From an uncultured delta proteobacterium (lineage in GTDB: Bacteria; Desulfobacterota; Desulfuromonadia; Desulfuromonadales; BM103), in NCBI GenBank assembly GCA_963825615.1, contig CAWGTV010000002.1, positions 29,520 to 93,519 on the forward strand: 64,000 bases of DNA, given 5' to 3'. This document shows positions 1 to 8,814 of this stretch, piece after piece. Every line of letters begins with the position of its first letter. Within the stretch, counting starts at the first letter, position 1. Position numbers and translations under genes: made by a program. The notes beneath the pieces are model-generated. The model was not told where the DNA came from. It searched no databases and saw nothing but the letters and a program-made list of their open reading frames with translations.

Positions 1-602
1 CCATCAACGACGATCTGGGACCGGTCTACACCGGCGACACGGTGTTCGGCTTCTTCTCGGCGGAATCCTTAGCGCAGCAGGTCGGCATCCGCGAGGCGAA
101 GCCCTATCAGCCGACTGAAACCGAAGTCGCACGGGGCGAGCAGTTCAATTACCCTGTCGATGCGCCTTTCCCGGACAGTCAGCTGCGCATGATTGACCAT
201 ATTGACTTATTCGTGCCCAACGGTGGTCCGCAGGGGATGGGCTTTATTCGCGGCAGCAAACTGATCGATTCTGACGAGTGGTTTTTCAAGGCCCACTTTT
301 ACCAGGACCCGGTCTGCCCCGGCTCGCTCGGGCTCGAATCGTATCTGCAGTTGCTCAAGGTGGTTGCGGTGCAGCGCTGGGGGTGCGATGCCGGCAGCGC
401 GTTCGAGACCGTCGCCCGCGGTGAAAAGCACAGCTGGAACTACCGTGGCCAGATTATCCCGAGTAACGGTCAGGTTCTGGTCGAGACCGTGGTTACGGCG
501 ATTGACGATGAGCAAAAGCTTCTTAAAGCTGACGGTTACCTGTCGGTGGATGGTAAGGTTATTTATCAGATGAAGGACTTCTCCTTGCGATTCAAGCCGT
601 AA
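1..602 (+). CDS. 3' end of a PUFA/polyketide-synthase-type protein with a FabA-like hot-dog dehydratase domain (PfaC-like); open at the window edge
   Basis: The frame is open from base 3 (INDDLGPVYTGDT...) to the TAA at 600-602. The segment DEWFFKAHFYQDPVCPGSLGLESYLQLL matches the FabA/Pfa dehydratase active-site region. Confidence 0.6.
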   Translation, partial: INDDLGPVYTGDTVFGFFSAESLAQQVGIREAKPYQPTETEVARGEQFNYPVDAPFPDSQLRMIDHIDLFVPNGGPQGMGFIRGSKLIDSDEWFFKAHFYQDPVCPGSLGLESYLQLLKVVAVQRWGCDAGSAFETVARGEKHSWNYRGQIIPSNGQVLVETVVTAIDDEQKLLKADGYLSVDGKVIYQMKDFSLRFKP

Positions 603-719
603 AGCTTAATAGCCGCAAGGTGTTCTCCCCTACCGCCTTACAGCTTTACAGCCTTTTCGCTTGCTTGTAGTATGTGCGGAACCAATGCCAAGCAGGTATG
701 ATGCAGAACGGTGGTGTGA

Positions 720-1763
720 ATGAGGTACTCACGAGTCTTTGTCGAATCGGTCGGCTACGAGCTGGCGCCGATTGTCGTCACGTCGACTGAGCTGGAAAAC
801 CGCTTGAAGCCGATGTACGAGGCGTTGCACATCCCGCCCGGGCAGTTGGAAGCCTTGACCGGGATCAGGGAACGGCGCTGGTGGAAACCGAATACAAGCA
901 TTTCTGAAGGGGCGATCGCCGCCGCCAAAAAGGCGCTGCGCGAACGTAACATCTCCCCGGCGGACATCGGTGCGGTGATCTATGCCGGCGTTTGCCGTGA
1001 ACATTTCGAGCCGGCTACGGCCTGCCAGGTGGCCTCGGCCCTCGGTGTGCAGGGTGACGTGGCGGTTTACGATACTTCCAACGCCTGTCTCGGTGTGCTC
1101 AACGGTGTGCTTGATCTCGCCAACCGCATCGAGCTGGGGCAGATCCGCGCCGGGCTCGTGGTTGCTTGCGAGAGCTCCCGCGAAATCAACGAGATCATGA
1201 TCCAGCAGATGCTGGACAAGCCGACCATGGAGAGCTTTTCCAAGTCGCTGGCAACCCTGACCGGCGGCTCGGGCGCGGCTGCCGTGCTCCTTACGGACGG
1301 CTCTTTCACCCCGGCGCGGCGCCCCCGCCTGCTTGGCGGCGTCAACCTGGCCGAACCTCAACACCATACCCTGTGCCGTTGGGGGATAAAGTCGGACGAT
1401 CCGGAAAATCATGTACCCTACATGCAGACCGATGCCGTTGCCGTCATGAAGTACGGCGTTGAGCTCGGCAAGAAGACCTGGGACGCTTTCCTCAAAGAGC
1501 TCGACCTGACCACGGAACGGATCGACAAAGTCATCTGTCACCAGGTTGGCGAGGCTCATCAGAAACTGATCCTGCAGAAGATCGGCATCTCCCAGGAGAA
1601 GGACTTCTCCTCCTACGAGTTCCTCGGTAACATGGGGACTGTCTCTCTGCCGGTCACCGCGGCAATCGCCAAGGAACGCGATTTTCTCCTCCCCGGCGAC
1701 ATCGTCGGTTTTCTCGGTATCGGCAGTGGCCTGAACTGCCTGATGCTCGGCATCCAGTGGTAA
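720..1763 (+). CDS. oleA: OleA, thiolase-fold (FabH-like) fatty-acyl-CoA condensing enzyme for olefin biosynthesis
   Basis: 347-aa ORF. The catalytic Cys context is TSNACLGVLNG. The C-terminus FLGIGSGLNCLMLGIQW resembles the Xanthomonas OleA end as I recall it. It is the first gene in the diagnostic FabH-like / ab-hydrolase / AMP-ligase / 3b-HSD order. Confidence 0.8.
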   Translation: MRYSRVFVESVGYELAPIVVTSTELENRLKPMYEALHIPPGQLEALTGIRERRWWKPNTSISEGAIAAAKKALRERNISPADIGAVIYAGVCREHFEPATACQVASALGVQGDVAVYDTSNACLGVLNGVLDLANRIELGQIRAGLVVACESSREINEIMIQQMLDKPTMESFSKSLATLTGGSGAAAVLLTDGSFTPARRPRLLGGVNLAEPQHHTLCRWGIKSDDPENHVPYMQTDAVAVMKYGVELGKKTWDAFLKELDLTTERIDKVICHQVGEAHQKLILQKIGISQEKDFSSYEFLGNMGTVSLPVTAAIAKERDFLLPGDIVGFLGIGSGLNCLMLGIQW

Positions 1764-2677
1764 TGAGCGATCTCTATCCTTTTCAGAACAACTTCCTCGA
1801 GCTGAAGGGTTTACAGTATCACTACCTCGACGAGGGGCAGGGGGACCCGGTCGTGATGGTGCACGGCAACCCGAGCTGGTCCTTTTACTACCGCGACCTG
1901 GTCAAGGCGCTGCGCGGCAGGTATCGGGCCATCGTACCCGACCACATCGGCTGCGGGCTTTCCGAAAAACCGGGTTCGGCGGACTATCCCTACTCACTGC
2001 AGCGGCGGGTCGACGATCTCGAGGCCCTGCTCGAACATATCGATATCCGTGAGCGTATCACCTTGGTGGTGCACGACTGGGGGGGGATGATCGGCATGAC
2101 CTATGCCTGCCGCCATCCCGAACGCATCGCCCGTCTGGTCATCCTCAATACGGCGGCATTTCACCTGCCGGCTGGTAAGAAATTCCCGCTGGCGCTGAAA
2201 ATCTGCCGCGATACGGCCCTTGGCAGGTTCCTGGTCCTGAAACTGAACATGTTTGCCCTGATGGCGGCACGGGTCGGCTGCAAGCGCAACCCGATGTCCG
2301 AGGCGTTGCGTGGAGCCTATTGTGCACCTTACGATACGTCTGCGGACCGCATCGCCACCCTGCGTTTCGTCCAGGACATTCCGCTCCGCCCGGGAGATTC
2401 CGGTTATGACCTGGTCAGTGAAGTCGAGGCCGGATTGGAGCGCTTTGCCGACCTGCCGATGACGATCTGCTGGGGGCTCAAGGATTTCGTCTTCGACCGG
2501 CATTTCCTGAAGGAGTGGCAGCGCCGCTTCCCACGCGCCGAGGTCCACACCTTTGCCGACTGCGGGCATTACATCCTCGAAGATGCCAAGGACGAAGTGA
2601 TTCCGATCATCGAGCGCTTCCTGGCAGCCCATCCCCTTGAGTTGCCGGCGGGCGACCCGATCGCTGGGAAAGCGTGA
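1763..2677 (+). CDS. oleB: OleB, alpha/beta-hydrolase (haloalkane-dehalogenase-like) beta-lactone decarboxylase
   Basis: Motifs HGNPSWSFYYR and the nucleophile elbow VVHDWGG. The ATG at 1763 overlaps the oleA stop (TAATG). The track ORF starts at GTG 1757. Confidence 0.75.
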   Translation: MSDLYPFQNNFLELKGLQYHYLDEGQGDPVVMVHGNPSWSFYYRDLVKALRGRYRAIVPDHIGCGLSEKPGSADYPYSLQRRVDDLEALLEHIDIRERITLVVHDWGGMIGMTYACRHPERIARLVILNTAAFHLPAGKKFPLALKICRDTALGRFLVLKLNMFALMAARVGCKRNPMSEALRGAYCAPYDTSADRIATLRFVQDIPLRPGDSGYDLVSEVEAGLERFADLPMTICWGLKDFVFDRHFLKEWQRRFPRAEVHTFADCGHYILEDAKDEVIPIIERFLAAHPLELPAGDPIAGKA

Positions 2678-4335
2678 TGAGCGTGGCGGGCTCTGCCAAC
2701 ATCGCCGCGCACCTGCCGGAGATGACCGGCCTCCAGCCCGACACCCCGGCGATCTTTATCCCCAATCGTTCTCAACAGAACGGTTACGATCAATACACTT
2801 TTGCCCAGCTTGACCGACAGAGCAGCCGCATGGCCTATGCTCTCGAGAGGCGCGGCATCAGGCGCGGCGTGCGTACCGTGCTTATGGTCCCACCCGGGTT
2901 CGAATTCTTCGCCTTAACTTTCGCTCTCTTCAAGATCGGCGCCGTGCCGGTACTGGTCGATCCGGGCATGGGGGTCAAAAACCTCAAGACTTGCCTCGCC
3001 GAAGCGCAGCCGCAAGCATTTATCGGGATTCCCAAGGCGCATCTGGCCCGGGTCCTGCTCGGCTGGGGTCGGCCGACCGCAAAAATCTTTTTGACTGTCG
3101 GCCGACGCCTATGCTGGGGGGGCGCCACTCTCAAGAAGCTTCTGGCCGCTGTGCCCTCTGACCAGCATTACGCAACGGCAAAGACCGCGGCCGACGAAAC
3201 GGCAGCGATCCTCTTTACCAGCGGCAGCACCGGTGTGCCGAAGGGGGCCGTCTACAGCCATGGCAACTTTTCCGCTCAGGTGGAGCTGCTGCGCCAAGTT
3301 TACGATATCCGACCGGGTGAAATCGATCTGCCGACCTTCCCGCTCTTCGCCCTGTTCGCTCCGGCGCTGGGAATGACTTCGGTGATTCCGGAGATGGATT
3401 TTACCCGACCGGCCGATGTCGACCCGGTCAAAATAACCGCTGCGATTGAAACCTTTCGGATCACCACCATGTTCGGCTCTCCCGCCCTGATCAACCGGGT
3501 CGGCCGCTACGGCGCAACCCATGGTATCAAGCTGCCGAGCCTGAGGCGGGCCATCTCCGCCGGGGCGCCGGTGCCGGCGGCGGTGCTGGAGCGTTTCGCA
3601 GGGATGCTTTCGGCTCCGGCGCAGGTTTTCACCCCCTACGGTGCCACCGAAGCCCTGCCGGTCTGCTCGATCGGCAGCGACGAGATCCTCGGCGAAACCC
3701 GCCATGCCACCGACCGGGGGCGCGGCGTTTGCGTTGGCCGGCCGGTGCCGGGGATCGCACTGGAAATCATCAACATCACCGACGAGCCGATCGAGGAATG
3801 GCATTCCGACTTGCAGCTTGCCGACGGTGAAATTGGCGAAATTGTCGTCCAGGGCCCGCAGGTGACACGCAGCTATTTTAACCGATCGGCATCGACAGCT
3901 CTTAGCAAGATTACCGATCCCGACCATGACGGCTTCTACCATCGCATGGGGGACCTCGGCTATCGCGACGATCAGGGCCGGATCTGGTTCTGCGGACGCA
4001 AAGCGCACCGGGTGGTGACCGCCGAGGAAACCCTCTTTACCATCCCCTGCGAGGCCGTTTTCAATACGCACCCGGAGGTGTTCCGCACGGCCCTGGTCGG
4101 TGTTGGCGTGACGGGTCGGCAACGCCCGGTTGTTTGCGTGGAAGTGGAAAAAGGCGTCGATCCCTCGGACCTGGCGCGAATCCATGAGGAACTTCTCGGG
4201 ATCGGCGCCGGTCATGCGAGCACGCGCAACCTCAAGACCTTTCTCTTTCATCCTGCCTTCCCGGTTGACATCCGCCACAATGCCAAAATCTTTCGCGAGA
4301 AGCTGGCGGTCTGGGCGGCGGAGAAATTATCATGA
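2674..4335 (+). CDS. oleC: OleC, AMP-dependent synthetase family (beta-lactone synthetase)
   Basis: AMP-binding motif ILFTSGSTGVPKGAV. The start GTGATG (2674/2677) overlaps the oleB stop. Confidence 0.75.
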   Translation: MMSVAGSANIAAHLPEMTGLQPDTPAIFIPNRSQQNGYDQYTFAQLDRQSSRMAYALERRGIRRGVRTVLMVPPGFEFFALTFALFKIGAVPVLVDPGMGVKNLKTCLAEAQPQAFIGIPKAHLARVLLGWGRPTAKIFLTVGRRLCWGGATLKKLLAAVPSDQHYATAKTAADETAAILFTSGSTGVPKGAVYSHGNFSAQVELLRQVYDIRPGEIDLPTFPLFALFAPALGMTSVIPEMDFTRPADVDPVKITAAIETFRITTMFGSPALINRVGRYGATHGIKLPSLRRAISAGAPVPAAVLERFAGMLSAPAQVFTPYGATEALPVCSIGSDEILGETRHATDRGRGVCVGRPVPGIALEIINITDEPIEEWHSDLQLADGEIGEIVVQGPQVTRSYFNRSASTALSKITDPDHDGFYHRMGDLGYRDDQGRIWFCGRKAHRVVTAEETLFTIPCEAVFNTHPEVFRTALVGVGVTGRQRPVVCVEVEKGVDPSDLARIHEELLGIGAGHASTRNLKTFLFHPAFPVDIRHNAKIFREKLAVWAAEKLS

Positions 4336-5321
4336 AGGCCCTGGTCACCGGTGGCGGCGGCTTTCTCGGCAAGGCGATCATCACTTTGCTGCGCGCACGC
4401 GGCGACGAGGTGTGCTCCTTCTCACGCAGCGAGCATCCTGCTCTGGCTGCACTGGGAGTCAAGCACTGCCGTGGTGAACTGGGTGACGCCGAGGCCGTCG
4501 GACGCGCCGCTGCCGGGTGCGACATCGTTTTTCACGTTGCGGCCAAAGCCGGGGTATGGGGCCCCTTTGCTGAGTTCTACCGTGCCAATGTCCTCGGCAC
4601 CAAGCATGTCATCGCCGCCTGCCACCAGCACAGTATCAAGCGCCTGGTCCATACCAGTTCGCCGAGTGTCGTGTTTGATGGCACTGATATGGAAGGTGTC
4701 GATGAATCGATCCCTTACCCTCAACATTTCGAAGCCTTTTATCCACAGACCAAGGCCGAGGCCGAACAGTTGGTGCTTAACGCCAACGATGCGCAACTGG
4801 CCACGGTTGCCCTGCGGCCACACCTGATCTGGGGACCGGGGGACAACCACTTGGTGCCACGCATCCTCGCCCGCGGCGCCAAGGGGACCTTGCGCAAACT
4901 CGGCTCTCGAGAATGCCTGGTGGACACCCTTTACATTGACAATGCTGCGCTTGCCCATCTGCAGGCCGCCGAACACCTTGATATCGGCTCGGCCGTAGCC
5001 GGCAAGGCCTATTTCCTCGCCCAAGGGGAGCCGCTGCCGGTCTGGGAAGTGATCAACCGTATCCTCGCGGCCGGCGGCTTGCCACCGGTAACCCGCACCA
5101 TTTCACCCGAATTGGCCTACCGTATCGGCGCGGTCCTGGAAAAAATCTATAGCTTGCTGCGGTTGTCTGGTGAACCGCGCATGACCCGCTTTGTCGCCCG
5201 CGAGCTCTCTACGGCGCACTGGTTCGATCTGAGCGCCGCTCGGCGCGATTTCGGTTATCAGCCGAGCATCTCTTTCGATGAGGGGATCGAACGCCTACGC
5301 TCCTGGCTGGCGGCAAAGTGA
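4332..5321 (+). CDS. oleD: OleD, NAD(P)-dependent 3-beta-HSD/epimerase-family reductase
   Basis: Rossmann N-terminus VTGGGGFLGKAI. There is an ATGA overlap with the oleC stop. Its fourth position in the cluster fits oleD. Confidence 0.75.
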   Translation: MKALVTGGGGFLGKAIITLLRARGDEVCSFSRSEHPALAALGVKHCRGELGDAEAVGRAAAGCDIVFHVAAKAGVWGPFAEFYRANVLGTKHVIAACHQHSIKRLVHTSSPSVVFDGTDMEGVDESIPYPQHFEAFYPQTKAEAEQLVLNANDAQLATVALRPHLIWGPGDNHLVPRILARGAKGTLRKLGSRECLVDTLYIDNAALAHLQAAEHLDIGSAVAGKAYFLAQGEPLPVWEVINRILAAGGLPPVTRTISPELAYRIGAVLEKIYSLLRLSGEPRMTRFVARELSTAHWFDLSAARRDFGYQPSISFDEGIERLRSWLAAK

Positions 5322-6049
5322 TGATGTGCGAGGCACACGTGACTGCTGTTTCGCTCACGCCCTGGCAATCGCCACCGCCCAGAAAGGCCCTCGCCGAAAG
5401 GACGGTTCATCTCTGGCGTTTCTCCCTCGTGCAAGACGCCTGCACCCCGGACCTGTTAAGCCCGCAGGAACAACAGAGGGCAGAGCGCCTGCGTGTCCCG
5501 CAAAAAGCCAGGACGTTCACCGTCGCCAGGACCCGCCTGCGGCAAATCCTCGGAAGTTATCTGCAGATTGCCCCACAGCATGTCAGCTTTACATGTAATG
5601 CCAACGGCAAACCTCTTCTGGACTGTGGTCCCGGCGCCCAGATCGCTTTCAACTTGTCACACTCTGGTGACTGGGGCCTTTGTGCTGTTGCCCAAGCCAC
5701 CTCAGTCGGCGTCGACCTGGAAGCGATTCATGCCGGCCTGGCCTTCGAGCCGCTGGCGGAAAGATTCTTTTCGCCCACAGAGCTAGGCTGGTTGCGGTCC
5801 TGCCCGACGGGGCGGCGGCGCAGGAATTTTTATCGGCTTTGGACACGCAAGGAAGCCTGGCTGAAAGGCAAGGGAGGGGGCTTCTCGGAATCCGAGCTGG
5901 GTCTCGATCCACCTCTGGTTGCCGCAGTTTCAGCGTGTGGCGGAGGCTGGTGGGTGATGAACTTCCCGGTCGCCCGCGGGTATGTCGGGGCTGTGGCCGT
6001 CGCCGGCACCGTCGATCGCATTGAACGCTGGGACTTGTTTGTTCAGTAA
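5318..6049 (+). CDS. Sfp-type 4'-phosphopantetheinyl transferase (PfaE-like)
   Basis: Motifs GKPLL, FNLSHSGDWGLCAV, VGVDLE and WTRKEAWLKGKG. The start region GTGATGATG overlaps the oleD stop. Confidence 0.7.
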   Translation: MMMCEAHVTAVSLTPWQSPPPRKALAERTVHLWRFSLVQDACTPDLLSPQEQQRAERLRVPQKARTFTVARTRLRQILGSYLQIAPQHVSFTCNANGKPLLDCGPGAQIAFNLSHSGDWGLCAVAQATSVGVDLEAIHAGLAFEPLAERFFSPTELGWLRSCPTGRRRRNFYRLWTRKEAWLKGKGGGFSESELGLDPPLVAAVSACGGGWWVMNFPVARGYVGAVAVAGTVDRIERWDLFVQ

Positions 6050-6053
6050 CCAG

Positions 6054-7241
6054 TCACACCTGCCGGCAGCTAGAGACCCCAGCCCTCTTCTTGAAATAAG
6101 CCCCTAAACGGTCGATGGCTTTATCAAGATTTTCCATGGAGTTGGCATATGAGAAACGCAAGAAGCCTTCGGCCCCTTGGCCGAAGTCGATCCCGGGCGT
6201 TAACGCAACGCCGGTGGCTTCCAGGATGTCCCTAGCCAGTGACAGAGAGTCCAGGGAGATGTGCCGTGCATCGGCGAGCACGTAGAAAGCGCCAGCAGGA
6301 CGGGTATGCACCTTGAGGCCGATCTCTTTCAGGCGCGGAATCAAGTGCCGACGTCGGCGATCATACTCGGCTCGCATCTGCGCGACGTAGGGAGCCCCTT
6401 CGCGCAAAGCAGCCACGCCCGCCAACTGGACGAAGCTGTTGGCGCTGATCATCACATTCTGATGAAATGTCTGCAGGGCCCTGATGGCACTTTTCGGTGC
6501 GATTAGGTAGCCGAGCCGCCAGCCTGTCATGGCATAAGCCTTGGAGAAGCCGCCGAGCACAAAGGCGTCCGGGGTTACCTCGAGAATGCTGTGCTCATCA
6601 CTTTCGTAGGTCAGGCCATGGTAGATCTCGTCGGCAATCAGCGGAATCGGCAGCTCGGCAAGTTTTTCCATTTCTGCGCGGCTCAGCACGGAGCCGGCCG
6701 GATTGGCTGGAGAGTTTATCAGCAGACCACGCGTCCGTTCGCCGATCAATGTCCGCACGTCCGCCGGCTGTGGCTGAAAACCGTGCTCCGGGCGCGTTCT
6801 CAGGAAGCGCGGCTCACCGCCGACAAAGCGTACAAAGTTGGGGTAGCAGGCGTAGCCGGGGTCGGTCATGATGATTTCGTCCCCTGGGTTGCACAGCGCC
6901 GCGAAGAGCAGCAGCATGAGGGGACTGGTGCCGGAAGAGACGATGATCTGCTCCGGATCGACCGTCACCTGGTAACGGTCACGGTAATGCTCTGCCAGCG
7001 CCTCGCGCAGCTCGAGACGGCCCAGGGAGTGGGTATAGCGGGTCTCGCCGGCCAGCATCGCTTCGCGCGCTGCAGCGACGATCGGTGCCGGTGTCGGGAA
7101 GTCCGGCTCGCCAAGACAGAGGTAAATGATCTCGCGCCCTGCGGCTTCAAGCGTCTTGGCACGCTCCATGATCTCCATGGCGAGAAACGGGGTGATTTCT
7201 TTGACACGTTGGGAGAGGTGGATGTTTTTGGGCAACGTCAA
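6054..7241 (-). CDS. Class I/II PLP-dependent aminotransferase (aspartate-aminotransferase-like)
   Basis: 395 aa. Motif LGEPDFPTP and the PLP-lysine context GGFSKAYAMTGWRLGY. Confidence 0.8.
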   Translation of the reverse strand: MTLPKNIHLSQRVKEITPFLAMEIMERAKTLEAAGREIIYLCLGEPDFPTPAPIVAAAREAMLAGETRYTHSLGRLELREALAEHYRDRYQVTVDPEQIIVSSGTSPLMLLLFAALCNPGDEIIMTDPGYACYPNFVRFVGGEPRFLRTRPEHGFQPQPADVRTLIGERTRGLLINSPANPAGSVLSRAEMEKLAELPIPLIADEIYHGLTYESDEHSILEVTPDAFVLGGFSKAYAMTGWRLGYLIAPKSAIRALQTFHQNVMISANSFVQLAGVAALREGAPYVAQMRAEYDRRRRHLIPRLKEIGLKVHTRPAGAFYVLADARHISLDSLSLARDILEATGVALTPGIDFGQGAEGFLRFSYANSMENLDKAIDRLGAYFKKRAGVSSCRQV

Positions 7242-8165
7242 GCCTCCTGTCGACCGAAAGGCCTGTCGGGACGTCTTTAAAGATTTTTTCTGAGACTGTA
7301 TGTCGCGACGATTGGAGCCAACCGGTTATAGTTTGTTGGAATCAACTATCCCACAGCATTTCGCAGTTATCAAGGCTCTCTGTAAACTGACGTTCACTCG
7401 GATTCAGCCGTTTTGTATAACCATACTTGAAACGCCAGCGAGGGCTGGAGCTTCAGCAGAGGTAGTAACATGTGAAACCATCAAGTTACTCTACGGATAA
7501 TTCCTTCAGGCGTAATGTGGGCTTCAGAAAGAAGGTTGGGCGGTTTGCTGGTTTGAAATTGTCCTGGCGTATGGGCGTAGTCAGTTGTTGTGTTTCAAGT
7601 TCTTAAGGTTGGATAGTTGCCGTTGGGTTGTTTGAATTGAGCCCTGGGCTTCATGATGCTGCGGCTTGAGTTCGAGAACCTGTTGTTGAACGCCTGAAGG
7701 GATTCCTTGGCGAAAACCTGCTCCACAACCCCCTTGCAATTTCATTCTGGATATAGGCGATGGTGCCGGCATAGTCCCGTGCATTCAGCAAGCGGCGTGA
7801 CTCTTGCCGGGCTCCGCAATGGTCCTTTTTTGGCACTTCGCTGGGCTCAAGGGGTTTTTATCTGTTTACGCTCTCGGTGGATTCTTAAGATTTGGGCGGC
7901 AGCACCCCGCACGCTCTCAGCGCTCTTATCAACATAAGAAGCATGAGAATATATAAAGTGATGTGCTTCTTTCTGCCCTCCCTTTGCGAATAAAATTCTA
8001 CATTGAAATGATTAAGGTCTCGACATGAAAGAAGTGCAAACAGACGAGAGGAGTTAACTTCCCGATATGATGGAGGTAAGCAAGGGATGGAGTCGTATCG
8101 GATGTGAAATGGGATATTAAGGTGAAAAGAAGAGCCCTTGGAAAGGCTCTGTCGAAGGCTCTGTT

Positions 8166-8681
8166 TTACAGGTTACGCTCCTCGCTTTTATGCGCACGCA
8201 GCGTCGCCGATTTGTTGCGATCCTCAAACCACATTTCGATAAAGAGCAGAGTGACGCCAATGGTGATCGCCGAGTCGGCGACATTGAAGGCCGGCCAATG
8301 ATGGCTCTTCCAGAAGACATCGAGGAAGTCGATCACCTCGCCGTAGCGGATGCGGTCGATCAGGTTGCCGAAGGCACCCGAAAAAATCAGCGACAGGGCA
8401 AAGTACACCAGCTTCTGATCATCCCTGATGCGCTTGATATACCAGAGAATGCCCAGCATGGCGATGCTAGAGACGGTAATGAAAAAGGGGATGCGTACTG
8501 CATTGTCGGCTAGGATGCCGAAGGCGGCGCCTTTGTTGCGCACGTAGGTCAGGTGAAAGAAGCCGTCTATGACCGGCACCGTTTCATGAAGGCGGAAGTT
8601 GGTATCCACGTACAGCTTGGTCACTTGGTCGAGGACCAGGATGACAAAGGCGATGATCGATAGTCTGCGGTATCTTGACAT
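8166..8681 (-). CDS. lspA: Lipoprotein signal peptidase II
   Basis: I chose the internal ATG at 8681 (MSRYRRLSIIAFVILVLDQVTKLY...). The upstream 68 codons of the 239-aa track ORF run into ileS and are not LspA-like. Motifs NKGAAFG and FNVADSAI. The position downstream of ileS is the classic arrangement. Confidence 0.85.
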   Translation of the reverse strand: MSRYRRLSIIAFVILVLDQVTKLYVDTNFRLHETVPVIDGFFHLTYVRNKGAAFGILADNAVRIPFFITVSSIAMLGILWYIKRIRDDQKLVYFALSLIFSGAFGNLIDRIRYGEVIDFLDVFWKSHHWPAFNVADSAITIGVTLLFIEMWFEDRNKSATLRAHKSEERNL

Positions 8682-8814
8682 AAAATCTCGGGTTGCGGGA
8701 CGCGGAACGAGTGACGCGGACAACCTGTTCGCACTACATACGGCTATGCGGGCATGTCGGCGCCAGGGGCAGGGTTTGGGACATGACTCGTCTCGCGCCC
8801 CGCGTTCCGGCTTT

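Noticed and set aside
7640-7690. A GAGTTCGAGAACC stretch resembling a tRNA T-arm.
   Set aside because: No acceptor stem, anticodon arm or D-arm can be folded around it. It is an isolated similarity only.
7831-7846. A sigma54-like TGGCAC-N5-TGGGC sequence, and a similar TGGCAG near 29170.
   Set aside because: The -12 element does not match TTGC/GC at the required spacing, and no downstream gene lies in the right orientation.
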